Shown here: positions 23,486 to 37,196 of the stretch, piece after piece
Layout of the letters: each line of letters starts with the position of its first letter
Position numbering within the stretch: the stretch's first letter is position 1
NCBI GenBank assembly: GCA_045837725.1
Contig: JBEWZL010000054.1
Coordinates: 1-51,321 of the forward strand
Source: Vermamoeba vermiformis
Lineage: Eukaryota
DNA length: 51,321 bases
Reading direction: 5' to 3'
Program-made: the position numbers and the translations under genes
Notes under the pieces: model-generated
Database searches by the model: none
What the model saw: only the letters and a program-made list of their open reading frames with translations
What the model was told of the DNA's origin: nothing

Positions 23486-26400
23486 ATGCGCACCCTCCTA
23501 TTTACAGTGCTGGTTGCCGCAACTATTGCAGCCGTTTTAGCGAGTTGCACAAGCTCAAGTAAGTAATTACCTCCGCACGTAGTGTTTGCTAACACTTTGC
23601 TCGCTAGACAAGCCCACGGGTTCACCCAATCCGATCTTGAAAGATGTGACCGTGTCAAGCGGCGTGATTAGTGACGCCAAAACTTTATTCCCTGAAGGTA
23701 GCACTCCTCACCCTAGCGTTGCTTCTTCAGACGACATTTTATTCAGATTTAATACAGTAAGTTAACTAATCCGTTGCGTTCGGAAAAAGTTGTCCGGTTC
23801 AGAAATTTTTGTTCTTATCAAACTAACTTTCCTATTCTAATAGAGCACAAACTTGACCTTCACTTTTGTATGGGAAGGAGCTGGCTACAGAAATCAATTC
23901 GGATACTTTTTGCATAATCCCGCGAGCACTTCTGCGCCCAGTTTAGTCACTATTTTCCCCGACTGCACATGGACTAGCGAAGGTGGTTGCATGTACACTG
24001 GATCTAGTGTCCAGATTGGTCCGATTCCTTCCGGCTCTACTGTCGGTTTTTGGATTCGCGCTGACGGTTACGGCAACCCCAATAATCCCGTCTACTACTC
24101 TATCCACAATACTAGCTCGCCAGTGAAGAATCCTGACGGCTATCGTCACGCTGCTTGGGTCAAAACTAACAATGTGACATTGATCGGATTTGAAGATCTT
24201 AACAACCTTGGAGACAAGGACTACAACGACGGTAAGTACTTGTAAAACTCAATTTTGCAATCACGACGAATTTACTATGAAATTGAAGTTTGAAATCAAG
24301 GTTATTGCCTTTTTTAGTCCGAATTTACGTTGCAACTATTTTTTATTTGATTCGTCACGTTCATCTCCGATCGAGATACTGATTTGATTTCTTTCTAGTT
24401 ATGTTCTTCGTTACTGCTACTGCTCAATTGAGCAACGATGGTGATATTCCTACCTTCGAAAACGGAACTTTGCAAGTTTGCACGGACGCCGAAATTACAA
24501 CTTACACTGAGTATCAATGCACTCAATATGCTTCATTGACTGCTCGCAACCCCTCCAGTTGCATCGGTTACCTTCGTGTGCCTGCTGGCTGGACCTTGGC
24601 TCCCAACACTCAAGACACTAAGGACGCCATCGTCGCCGCATCTGCTGCCGGTGTCAACTTTGGATCTCAATGCGTAGTCTTGGCTGGTGGTGTTGGTATT
24701 GATGTTACTACTGGTGGTAGCTGCGGCTCTGGTCTCCTTAAGACCTTCAAGTCCGACAGCAGCTGCTACAATGTCGACTGCCAATATACTATGATCATCA
24801 AGGGTCAAACCTTGAGCCGTAAGTCTTTCATGAACATGAGTTAGGTCACGTGCAGTAACTAACAGCCTCTTGCTATAGAATGCTCTTCTTCTCAAGACTT
24901 GACTTGCAACCCTGCTACCAACGCTAAGTTGTTGTCTCGTTTCCCGACCCTTCAAGTCGATATCCCTGTTTTCCCTACTCAATACACCATCTACTTGAGC
25001 AACTTGGTCGGCACTGCCGCTACTATTGACTTGCCCGTCACTCTCAAGGTTGCTAGCTCACCTAAGGTCGACGTGATGGTTTTGGTTGACCTCAACGGTT
25101 TGTCCTCTGCCACCCTTTCGACTTTGCGCACCCAAGTTTCGACTTTGTTCAGCAGCTTGAACACTAAGAACTACAACCCCTTGATGGGTATTGCCACTGT
25201 CGATGCCAACGGTGCCGTCAACGTGCTTACTACTTTGACTTCCTCGACTGACAGTGTCACCAACGCTCTTAACAACATCGCTACTAGCAGCGCTACTGCC
25301 ACGAACACTCCCATCACCACTGCGCTGTTGACCAAGTTCTACAACAACACTGCTCTCGGCTGGAGAAGAACTGGTACCTACAACTCTGTCTTGGTCATCA
25401 CTGCGAAGGCTTCGACCACCTCTGTCACTAACAGCGTGTTGGCTGCCTCATCCAAGATCAACAGAGTCTTCCCTGTCTTCTTGTCTACTTCGACTCCTGC
25501 TAGCTCTTACACCACTTTGGTGGGCTCTCAGCCTTTCGCTTACTCTGATACCATTGCTGATGCTTATGGTAACATCGCTACCAAGGCTGGCACTATCATC
25601 GACACTTTCGTCAAGACTGTTGAGTTCGACACTGCCGCTGACTTGTCTCCCAACGGCTTCGTCTCTGCTCTCCCTGCTACTGCCACTGGCGTTGCTTTCA
25701 ACCAAACTTTGAGCAGAACCGTCACCTTGACTTACCCTGCCGGTACTGTCAGTGTTTCTCCCGTGCCTTTCGAAGTCGACGTCACTGTCTGGGGTTTCGG
25801 AACTTTGGCTGTCATGGTCAACGTCAACAGAGCTCCTACCGTTGTCAGCAAGCCCAACATCGTGTTGAACGAAGACACTTCTGCTAGCTTTGAAGTCGCT
25901 GGACAAGACGCTGATGGCAACATCTTGAACGTTGTTTACTTGAGCGTTTCTCCTGCCTCCGAGCAATCTGGTTTCAAGACCTCCTCTGGCAACGCTCTCG
26001 TCTTCAATAGTGCTTCGTACACTGACTTCACTGGTCAATACGTGCCTTCATCTAACTATGTTGGTACCACGACTTTGAACTTCCTCGTTCGTGACGGTTG
26101 CGTCAACAGCACTATGGGTTCTTTGGTCTTCCAAGTCAACAACGTCAATGACGCCCCTGTTGCTCGCCCGATCACTCGTACCATCAACGAAGACACTGAA
26201 GCTATCATCTTCTTCAACAGCACCTTCGTTTCTGACATTGATAATGACTGGAGCACTTTGACCGTCTTCGTGTCAAGCTTCCCTTCAAGCGATCCTACTC
26301 GCCTTGCTGTGGCTAGCAATGCCGCTGGTACTGCTTGGAACGCTTTGACTTCGAGCGCTACCGCCCCTGTCACTGTTACCAACAAGTACTTGCGTTACAC

Positions 26401-29400
26401 TCCTGTTGCCAACTGGAACGGCGTTGTCACTTTCAACTACTACGTGCAAGATCCTAGCTCTGCTACTTCATCCAGCACTATCACCATTACTGTCCTTCCT
26501 GTGAACGATGCTCCTACTTCTCAAGACATCACTCTTCGCACCAACGAAGACACTCCCATCACCTTCACGCCTACCGCTACTGATATTGATGGTGATACTA
26601 TCACATTCGAGATCGTCTCTTTGCCCAACACTGGCACTGTTGTTCGTACCACTGACAACAGCAACATCGTTGTTGGCAAGTTCACTTCCAACCCCAGCAC
26701 TTGGACCATGAAGTACACTCCTCCTCTTAACCAGTACAACGCCACTTCTCCCTTGACTACCTTCCAGTTCAGAGTGAGCGATCCCAACGGCGGAGTCTCT
26801 GCGAACTACACTGTCTCAATCTACGTTGATCCTGTCAATGACGCTCCTACCGCTGACAACTTCGGCGTAACCACCAACGAAGACACCAATGTGGTCATTG
26901 ACTTCTCCAACTACATTCGTGACGTTGATGATACTCTTGCCAACCTCAAGGTCTACATCAAGAGCCCTCCTTTGACGTCTTTGGGCCGTCTTGTTGACTC
27001 TTCTGCCATCACTTCCAGCAACGTTTTGTTGACTGGCAAGACCGCGACCTTCCAACCCTCGAAGGATCAAAACGGCTACGTCACTTTCACTTACTACGTC
27101 AAGGACCCCTCTGGTTTGATCTCTAACGATGCCACAGTCAACGTTACTGTCAACCCCGTCAACGATCCTCCTGTCTTGACCGCTCCCACTACCTCCTTCG
27201 TCTCCAAGGTCTACGGCAGTGTCTCTGTCACTTTGTCCATGACTGACCCTGATCTTGGCTCAAGCGAGACTCTTACTTTGAAAGTCCTCGCCAACAACTT
27301 GGGTTCTTTGATCCCTAACTTGAACGTCAGCACTGGTTACAGCGCTAACATCGGTACTTTTGTTGCTCCAAGCACTACTCCCAATCTTGCTACCGCATGG
27401 CCCAACAGCAACGACGGTTCTGCCCTTGTAACCGTTCTTACTTGGAACCCTTCAAATGTTGTTTCTCCTGGTACCACCGGAAATTTCACAGTTCAAGCTG
27501 TTGATGCTACTGGAGCCACTTCCAACAGCATCGTTATCACTTTGTCGATTGCTGACAACACCCCTCCCACCGTCGCTACTCCAACCACTCGAGTTATTGC
27601 TGAAGATAGCAGCGCCACTGGTATTCTCTTGTTCGGCACTGATGTCGACGCTGCTGATGTTGCCAATTTGACTTTGACCATCTCTTCCTTGCCTACCAAC
27701 GGTCAATTGAAGCACAACGGTGTTGCCATTACCGCCACTGGTTTTAAGCTCACTGTTTCTGGTAACTCCACTGGTACTTCTGCTTGGGTTGACTACGTGC
27801 CCAACGCCAACTACAACGGTCAAGACAGCTACAAGTTCTTCGCCACTGATAGGGCCGGCGCTTCCTCCCTTGAAGCCACTGGCTTGATCACCATTACCGC
27901 TGTCAACGACGCTCCTGTTGGTGGCAACGTTACTGTTCGTGGCCCTGAAGACACCGTTATTTCCATCACTACCATTGACGCCAGTGACGTCGACGGTGAC
28001 GCTTTGACTTTGGAAATCCTTTCTTTGCCCAATTCATTGACCTTCCAAACCAATGCCGGTGCTACAGTCACTACTTCAACCAAGCTCACTCAAGCCGACA
28101 CTTGGGTCTTGAAGTACCAAGCCCCCGCTAACGCTCACAGCGTTCCTACTGGTTCAGTCTACACCTCGTTCACTTACAGATTCAACGACGGCAACGGTGG
28201 TCTTTCTTCGACGTACTACGCGTTCATCATTGTCGATCCTGTCAATGATCCTCCTGTCGCTCAAGACTTCACCATCACCACTCTTGAAGACACTTCGATC
28301 GTGTTCAACTTCACTTCTTTCATTTCTGACGTTGACGGCGACACTCCTCTGACCATCACCGTTCAATCTTTGCCCGGTCTTGGTTTGCTCTACTCTGGCA
28401 CTGACGGCGTTACTTTCACTACCGCTGTCACGACCACTCCCGCCTCAGCTCCTACTCAGAAGCTCAAGTTCACTCCTTCGTTGAACGCCAACGGTCAAAC
28501 TACTTTCACTTACGTCGTGTCTGATCCTTCTGGCGCCACTGACTCCGGTGTAGTGACCATCAATGTGACACCTGTCAACGATCCTCCTGTCTCTCAAAGC
28601 GTTGTTCTTCGCACTCTTGAAGACACCACGTTGAACTTCACTTTGTCTGGTTCTGACGTTGAAGGCGACTCCGTCTCCATTATTCTCTTGTCTCTTCCTT
28701 CCACTGGTTCATTGCTCAGTGCTTCTGACAGCTCGTACATTTCTGAACTTCCCTTCTCCTTGGGCAACCCTGCTTCGTACAGCTACATTCCTCCTCAGAA
28801 CTACTACACTGCACCCAATGCTCCCTTGGTCTTCTCTTTCTACGCTTATGACGGCCAAGCCCGCAGTGTTGTCAACTACACTGTCAGCATCTACGTCGAC
28901 TCTGTGAATGACGCTCCTACCTCACAAGACGTGTTTGCTCGCACTAAGGAAGACACTCCTATAAGCTTCAACTTGCCCGCTGTTGACGCTGAAGACGACG
29001 CCACTTTGCTCATCGCAATCGTTACCTCTGTCAACGACGGTGCTAACACTGGTACCTTCTGGACCTCTTCTGCCAAGACCCAACAAATCTCTACTGGTAC
29101 TAAGTTGACTAACCCCAGAACTGTCTACTTCGTTCCCGCTCCGAACGCTTTCAGCAACCCCACCACTGCTCCTCTTGCCTCCTTGAAGTTCCAAGTTCAA
29201 GATACTGAAGGTTTGGTCAGTGTTGCTGAATACAACGCCTTTGTCTACGTGACACCTGTCAACGATCCTCCTGTCTACAACGGCGCTAGCGTTCTTACCA
29301 TCGACGAAGACACTACCATTGAAGTCGCCCTCATGAACCAAGTCACTGATGTTGATAACACCGTCAGCAGCGAGATGCCCGTCACGGTCACTGCCATCAC

Positions 29401-30673
29401 TGGTCACGGTGTGTTCTCTGAATGCGCTGAAGACGGCTCCTCTTGCGAGCGAACTACCATTTTGGTTGGATCCACTTTGAAGAACGCTGAATGGCGCTTC
29501 ACTTTTGCTCCTTTGAAGGACGAGAACGGTGACAACTACGCCTCGATCACCTTCGTGATTAACGATGGCACTGATAACTCTTTGCCTTACACCATCACCA
29601 TCAACGTCAGACCTGTCAACGATCCTCCTGTCATCAACCCGTTCTTCAATGTGCTCCCTGGTCGTGTTGACATGGACGAAGACACCGAGTTGGAACTCTC
29701 TTGGAACGTCACTGATATTGACAGTCCTGCCACTACTCTCCGCACCTTCGTCACTTCCAAGTTGCCCGTTAACGGCAGAATGTTCGCTTGCAATGTTCAA
29801 GAAGACGGTTCTTGCGCTCGTGGCGCTGAACTCAGTTTCCCTGCTGAAGTTACTGCCACTAACTCCGCCACTGCCACTTGGAGACTCATCTTCGTTCCTG
29901 ACGCCAACGCCTTCGACGCCAAGAACTTCGCTACTTTCAATCTTGTCGCTGAAGACGACTACGAAGCTCGCTCCGTCTCTGTCAAGTCCATCATTCGTGT
30001 CTTGCCCATCAACGACGCTCCTACTATCACCGCCCAAGACACTTACCAAGTCACTCGCGATGCTGATGGCACTCGATTCCTCCTTGCTGACGTCTCTGTG
30101 AACGACATTGACGCCTTCAGAAAGAAGATTGTCTTCGGTGTCAGATTAGTCGACGAGAACTCTGGCAGATTGGAAGCTGAAGGAAGCAATGCCGATTTGG
30201 CTTTCACTGGCGCTAAGGCTCCTTGCAAACTCAACGCTGCCAAGACTGAAGTTGTCTGCACTGATCCTCAAGCTGACATCAACGTCTGGATCTCGTCTGC
30301 TATTGTCTTCTATCCTGCCAACACTACTGGTACTTTCAACTTGTTCTTGTACGTGGATGACTTGGGCAACACCGACAAGCTTCAACGACCTTTGACTGCC
30401 AACAAGACCATCTCCGTGCTCGTCAACGAAGACACCGGTCTCTTGCCCTACACTCCTACCGATAACACTGGTATTGCCGTTGGTTTGAGCGTTGGTGGTG
30501 CCGCTGCCATTGCCGGCATTGCAGTTTTGATTGCCAAGTTGCGCAAGAAGAACGAGATTATCGACAACTATTTCGATAACTTGACTGACACCATTCAAAC
30601 TGGTGCTAACAACCCGATGTACCAAGCTGCCTTCTCTGATGCTGCTAACCCGCTCTACAGAGCCAGAAACTAA
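23486..30673 (+). CDS. Sib-like (similar to integrin beta) type I membrane adhesin: signal peptide, DUF4114-like, vWA-like, ~12 bacterial-type Ig/cadherin-like repeats, TM, two NPxY
   Basis: MRTLLFTVLVAATIAAVLA signal; EGAGYRNQFGYF and IGFEDL..GDKDYND; DVMVLVDL; repeated VND[AP]P..EDT; TM GIAVGLSVGGAAAIAGIAVLI; tail NPMY and NPLY. The last exon is 24879-30673. Confidence 0.9.
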
Positions 30674-30801
30674 ACACACAACATTTTTCCAAGAATAACC
30701 TAATGTATTTTAACAAGTAATTAAAGCGAAAACAAACAATTACAATTCATCCTTGTGTTGCTTGTTTGACCAGATTCTTACTCGTGACGAGATCCGGTAC
30801 T

Positions 30802-31863
30802 TTATTGAGTATCCTTATTCGTATTATTCAGTTGCTGACTCGCATTTTCCTCTCGTTTGTAGTGTCTGAAAGTCAAGTTCAGTCTCTGCGCAGTTTTGCA
30901 GGTGCACTGGCCGTAGTTGTCTTTCTGGTTGTGGATCGAGCACAAGCCCTGCTTCTTTGGCACCGAGTGCAAGTAATACTTTTGGACATTCTCTATGGTG
31001 ATATTGTTACGTTAGTATCTAGTCTTAAATACTCTTAGTGAACATACGCTTCATTAATAAGAGACTGCCGTGCTTCAACGGCAAAACTAGATGCTGAAGT
31101 TTTTTATCTTTGTGTCGCAGCACAAAATCCCGTACGCATCCTGTAAACATAATATTAGTGATAGGAGTGTATATACGGTTCATTGAACTGACCGAGCGAG
31201 ACGGATGCGATCGTGCTGCCTTCGACGAGAGTTGGATCTTCATCGCTGTGCCAATTAACGGAATCTTTGCCGTTGCGATAATTGTTTAACAATACGCCAT
31301 CGTATATATTACCAGGATCAAGTGCGTCAATGCGTTTTTTCAGATCTTCAAGGGCAGGTGTCATTGGATGCGGAGTCAATGTGAGTCCACTGTAAGTATA
31401 GTCGTATGCTTTATCCGAAGCAATCCATGCCGTGAGGCGAGGCTGATCGACCTTCCATTAAGAGATACAATAAGATACTTCAATCGGAAAATTACTCGAT
31501 CGGATCTGACACGTACCCAAGTTTGTGACGCTTTACGATAAATCTTATGTTCGCCCCACGGAATCGTTTCCAAGAGTTCGGTTAATGCTGTATTTGCTTC
31601 TGTTTCGTTTAAGAAGTCCGGGTAATATTCAAGCACCGCTTCATCTTTTCAAATAAAATTAGTATTTTATCAATAATAATTATAAACTCTTCATACAAAT
31701 TGCGTCATCGAGTTTTCCTCGAAAGGGATATTTTAGATCATCCCGTTATTTTTAAAAGTATTTTTATACCTTCGAGCAGAATTATCCTTTTTCCATCCTG
31801 CGTCGTGTCACTAATGATCGGTGATGGTAATGCTGCCTCTTTTGTTTTGGATAAGCGGAGCAT
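30802..31863 (-). CDS. AlkB-family 2OG-Fe(II) dioxygenase (ALKBH2/3-like)
   Basis: LLNNYRNGKDSVNWHSDED, IASVSLG, LKHGSLLLM, YLHSVPK, RLNLTFR. Confidence 0.92.
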
Positions 31864-32300
31864 TTTTCCTTTTATTATCTTGCCTAGTGCTGTGTTCTTT
31901 CGCGATAAATAAAATTTTTCTTCAGTGACTATGTCATTTCCCTTCGTGGTGAGTTGGCCAAGTGTTCATTCTGTGAAATTTCTCAGGTTCCATGATACGG
32001 TTGTTTAGTGCTTTCTGTGAATCAAACATAATAAAGTACAAACGAAATTATGTAGTGCCACGGGTGTTGGTTACGAATTTTTTTCATGAAACGATTTCTG
32101 CATTTTGAAAGCTCCTCTTGATACACATCAGTGTAACAGCATACAACAGTCAATAAGGTTATGTCTCTCGATACGCACGACCAATCGCCTGAGACCCATC
32201 GATCTCGATCTCTTGTGTTGCCGAGTGGCTCTGGCGAGTGGCCAAAAAAATATCAATTTCAGTCCACTCGTTGCTATTTATTGGTCTATTGTGTGCAAGT

Positions 32301-35201
32301 TCACTTCTTTATTTGCAACGAAGGACTTAATAACTCGCATTTCTTGATCTGTTCGCTTGAAAGTTTGTTGCATCCGCGGATCTCCATCGAGGTCAAGTGC
32401 TTACAATACATCCAAACATCGTCTAATAGGTCGTCATCTATTTCAGTAGCGCTAAAATTGACTAATTTAAGCATTTCGCATCCGTGCAGCACCGCTCTAA
32501 TACTTAAATTGGAAAGTTGCGTGCACGAGGCTGTTTCAAAGTTGGTCAATGGAGCACAAATTGACACGTATGATACACCTATATCGGATATATAAGGACA
32601 GTACGATACTGTTAGTGCCTGTAGCGAGTGACAGCAATCGATAATAGCCTAGTGATAATAAGTGTAAGCGTGAAATTGTGCCGGTTTTGAGCGGATCCAC
32701 AACGAAAAGAATTACCTTCAGACCAAGATCCGTTATTGACGACTCGGCTAAATTTAGCGACAAAATATAGTTTAAATTCCGCACTAAAGTAGTTATTCCG
32801 TCGTCGGTGATTAATTTGCAACCATTGGCGCTGTCAAAATAAGATCAGTAAAATGACACGATCCGGTGACACGTGTCAAACTTACGCGAGGGCTTTGAGC
32901 GAAGTAGCATATTTAGAAAGTGCTAATAAAGTCTTATCGCCTATATTAGAGCATCCTGATACTACTAGACTTCTCAGTGATGGCAAGAAGGGCGCTAGAT
33001 CTGCAAATTTTTCGTCGTTCAGATCCACATCTGGAACACATAATGTTTGAATCATCGTGCTTTCCTAATAAGGAAATTTTCAGATTGATTTACATTAGAA
33101 TTCGGTGAAGTGTTTGTACCCTGATGAATTCAAACGCATCTGTAGTGAGCTGATTATTACGCGACAATACTAATCGTTTCAAATTCTTCGCATGTTTCAA
33201 GTGCATTATGCCAGTGTTACTAATGTGAGAGCATAACGATGCGTCAAAACTGCAAAAATCAAATATTAATATTAATCCGGATCAGATCAAGATATTTTTC
33301 ACAACCGGATCGTTCGATATGCTCTTATTTTGATGTTCTATAATATATTATAAAGCACTTGATAGTTGACGATTAGTATTACCTGGTTAAATTAGGACAG
33401 CCCAAGACAATTTTTTCAATGGCTTCGTCGGATAAATTTTTGCACCAAGCGAGACTTAACGATTGTAACTTCTTCGGAATAAGATTGCCGTGAATATCAA
33501 TGTCTTGAACGGATCCTAATGTCTCGAATGCTTTTTCGGAAATTTCGTTGCACCCTGACAGATCTAGCACCAATAAATTTTTGCAATGTTTTGTTATTTC
33601 CTAATAGAGGAGTTAAATGATTCATTCAAATATAGTAACATATTATATACGCACATGTATTATTGCATCAGTCGGTGTTTTCCAGCTAACGTCAAGCTCA
33701 GTCAAGTTGCTCAAATATTTGATTGAATCTTGGATCGCGTCATTTTTTATCCTCGAACACCATCCTATTCTAAAAATAAACATATTAATACAATCAAACA
33801 TACATAATCGATTGAATTGGCATTTTAAATACTTACTTGAGCGTTTCTAAAGTAGATCCGCTCAACTCCGCTATTCGTCTTAAACCTTCACTATCTACAC
33901 CACACCTATTTCATATAATAAGTACATATCGATCATTAAAATGTAATATTATTGTTATTCTATCGTAGTGCTGACGTACCAGGAAATATCTACATAATTT
34001 AATTTACATGTTTTGGCCATTTCAATTAGCGGTTCTTTTTGCAGCATATTTACTTGACTAACATAGTTATATAATTAGTATGGGTTGAACAATAGTGCAT
34101 TGTTATTATAAATTGTTTACCTTAGAGTTATCGTTTGAATATTTGTACAGCTTTTAGCGAGTTTGACGAGTGAATTGTCAGTGACCAAATAATCATTGGC
34201 CAGAAATAATTCACACAGATTTGTACAGTGTTCTGCTAGTGCCTAAAAACAGAACATAAATTAGCTATAACCCTCGTCACATAATAAAAAATTATTGATT
34301 GTTATCTGGGTCCGATATTCGATCGTTAAAACGATCCTTTCAAGTCCAAAAAAATAATTCCAAATAAGGAAATTTCCTTATTGAGGGGGTGTGCAAAACG
34401 ACAAAGTGATGTACCTCGATCGAAGCACCAGTGATGGATTTACATTCGTCCAAGTGCAGCCGCGTCAATTGCGTGCAATTAGGTGCTATATAATTGACAA
34501 TACTATCATCGGTGATTTGAGTCTTGGAACAACCCAATGACGTCAAGTTCGTGGCTTGTTCGCCGAGACAGAACAACGTGTCATCACCCATCAAATGACA
34601 CATTGAAAAGTCAAAGTCGGCGAGGCCTATTAACGCTGATTGGTGGTCTTGACGAATCGTTTTGAATGCCTTGTCGGTCAGTCCAAAACAGTCGGTCACG
34701 TGCAGCTTTTGCAAAAATTTACAATGGATCAAGATCTGCAATAATGCTTCGTCGTCGAGAAAAAAGCATCGGGAGACTATGAAAGGTATTATAACATTAT
34801 AATAACACTATTATACATACAATTGAGGGTTTTGAACTCGTTAGCCAAGATCGGAATGGATAGGAATGTTTTTTTGGTTAGCCGGACGCACCCTATTTTT
34901 CAAATATTATAATGGCATATTACAGCAGCTAATTAAATAGAATTTCAACGTTTTGTAATTTTCAAAGCGCATGCGAATGTTATTTTTATTTTGTAAATTA
35001 ATTACCTCCAATTATCAACGATGAATAGCCATTGAATAAGAATTGTTGCATAACTTCATCTACTAAATTGCCTTTACTACATATATATCCTAGTAATCCC
35101 GATAGAACTGGCGTTGGAACTCTGCCTCGGACGTCAATCTGCCCTGAACACATTAGATCTCCAACAAGTTTCGTGCATAATTGTGATAATGAAAATGCCA
35201 T
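32301..35201 (-). CDS. Cysteine-containing LRR protein (FBXL/AMN1-like) with N-terminal SLxxLC (BC-box-like) motif
   Basis: Many exons with LxxLxLxxCxxITDxx repeats; N-terminus MAFSLSQLCTKLV. Confidence 0.82.
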
Positions 35202-35330
35202 GTTAGTACATGTCTTGGATCGATAATTAAAATATTAAAACGTTAGGCACTGAAGTTTAAATTTTTTTTTTTTTCAAAGTCAAACCCGCTTTATTTCTAC
35301 AAAAAGACTATTTCTTGCTCGAATTCGATT

Positions 35331-36524
35331 CTATTTTGATATTATAATACTTGACGGCATTAGCTGCCTTGTAACTTCGATAATGTTGTCGTCGACAGCA
35401 TTCCCTGCTAGTTTCAAACACGACAAGCGCGTGAGTATCGTCCAATATGCGCAGTTCATGTTGGGTTTGTCAAACGACTTAAAAAACAACAAACTCAACT
35501 TGGTCAGTCGCGACAGTTCGCTGAGCTTGATGTACGCATCGGCACTCGTTGGGGCGTTGATATTGAGGTGTTGCAGCGCTGAAAGACGAAACACGGGACT
35601 CGGATCTGGAGCTATGTAGGCAGCGAGGTACGTCAGAGTCGAGCTCCATTGAAGAGGAAAGCTATCCAATTCGAGTCTGGCAATGTGAATATGTTGCAGT
35701 GCTGTCATTGTGACCAGTTTCTTGTCGCAGGGCAATGGATAATCTTCGCTGATCAGCGCGGTCAAGTTGTGCAGATTCGTAATCGAATTCGTACACGTAT
35801 CGCTTTCGTAGATATTGAAGGACATATACTTCAACTGAGTATGCCGGCACAGTTCTTCAAAATCTGCGTCACTCATTTTGGAAACACGGAAAGTGAGGGA
35901 CGTCAAACTAGTTAGATGCGTCATCGAATCTGCGTGGGTGAAGGTCTCGATACACGGAAGCTCCAATACCTGCAATTTGACAAACTGTGTAATGCATCTC
36001 GCGTCGAAATCTTCCGTGCGGAACACTAGCGCTGTTAGAAAGACCCCTTGGTAATTGGAAAGAACCGCCGGATTTACCCTTGCTGTCAGTTCTCGGAGCA
36101 ACGGAAAGTTTGATAGCAGGTTCGTACGAGCTGATTTATAATAATATCCGCCTTCTGTCGTCAGTGACAGGAGATTTGTCAAGCGAAGCAGGCTGGTGAG
36201 ATAGCTTCTTTCTCTGGCGTGTTCGACATCGAAGTAATCCAGCTTCGTTACTTTGTTGACGTCCAAATTCACGATTCCTCGAGCCATTCCTGGTGGCAAT
36301 CCTCCATGCAGCCTGGTCATCAAGCTCCAAAGATCTCTCTCTTTGAAATAATGACATGTATTTGTCAAGCTGTATATACTGTCGATCTCTAAATAATCCA
36401 ATATGTCGCCTAATATATCTCGGGGAATATTGTGAAGCAGACAAACAGCGTGGATCGAAAAAGGTTGATGATCTGTTTTGAGTTTCTTTCGAGGCGGCTC
36501 CAATAAATACGATTCCTCATCCAT
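35331..36524 (-). CDS. Intronless F-box/LRR protein
   Basis: 397 aa ORF: PPRKKLK NLS, LHNIPRDILGDILDYLEIDSIYSLTNTCHYF F-box, LxxLxxL repeats. Confidence 0.85.
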   Translation of the reverse strand: MDEESYLLEPPRKKLKTDHQPFSIHAVCLLHNIPRDILGDILDYLEIDSIYSLTNTCHYFKERDLWSLMTRLHGGLPPGMARGIVNLDVNKVTKLDYFDVEHARERSYLTSLLRLTNLLSLTTEGGYYYKSARTNLLSNFPLLRELTARVNPAVLSNYQGVFLTALVFRTEDFDARCITQFVKLQVLELPCIETFTHADSMTHLTSLTSLTFRVSKMSDADFEELCRHTQLKYMSFNIYESDTCTNSITNLHNLTALISEDYPLPCDKKLVTMTALQHIHIARLELDSFPLQWSSTLTYLAAYIAPDPSPVFRLSALQHLNINAPTSADAYIKLSELSRLTKLSLLFFKSFDKPNMNCAYWTILTRLSCLKLAGNAVDDNIIEVTRQLMPSSIIISK

Positions 36525-37196
36525 ATCTTCATAAATAATTGATTTGTTATTTTTGTGTTTATTTTATGATTATTGATTTGTGGTTTCGGATTGTTAATGT
36601 TGGAACAATCACTGAAGTTTAAATTTGGCGGGGGAAATCTCTCGTTACCCAGTTTTCATTTTTTAATTCACATGCATCACCATATCTCTATAATATTAAA
36701 CGATCTGTAATTTGAGCGTATGAATCAAAATAATTGGAGCAGAAGTACTTCGTTGCCAGATTTGATCTGGTATTATCTTTGGCAAAGAAACCAACTTCTT
36801 GGCGCCAAAATAAGAACATAATTATTACAGAGAAATCCTGAAGTTTGGAGGATAAATACATTAGTCTCGGAAATGCGGCTGGATTGGAAAATCGGCCGAT
36901 TATTTTATTGTCCTACCGCGTTTCGGTATGACACCATTTAGGAAATTAATTACGTTTTTATAGTAACGATTATGCGGCAGCAGTGAATGACTTGCAGTTG
37001 AGACGATAGACAGGTAAGCAAACTACACTGCGATTGATTCTAGATTATGAACTGACGCAATGTTTAGACTATGGACGATATCGTTACTTTATTAGAAATG
37101 TCGTCGTAAAGCAAATAAAATCTCACAAGGTTTACGTTTTTTCCTCAACCCAAAACCTAACCCTAAATATTTGAAAATCGAACGAATCTAGTTTTA

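Noticed and set aside
25448-30679. Long minus-strand ORFs (up to 375 aa) inside the adhesin gene
   Set aside because: They result from the strong codon bias of the sense gene and show no recognisable domains.
32150-32260. GC-rich patch with GAGTGGC direct repeat and possible H/ACA boxes on the minus strand
   Set aside because: Stems are weak; more simply the 3' UTR of the LRR gene.
37156-37166. CCTAACCCTAA, resembling a telomerase template or telomeric seed
   Set aside because: Fewer than two repeat units in a 3' UTR region, with no supporting RNA structure.
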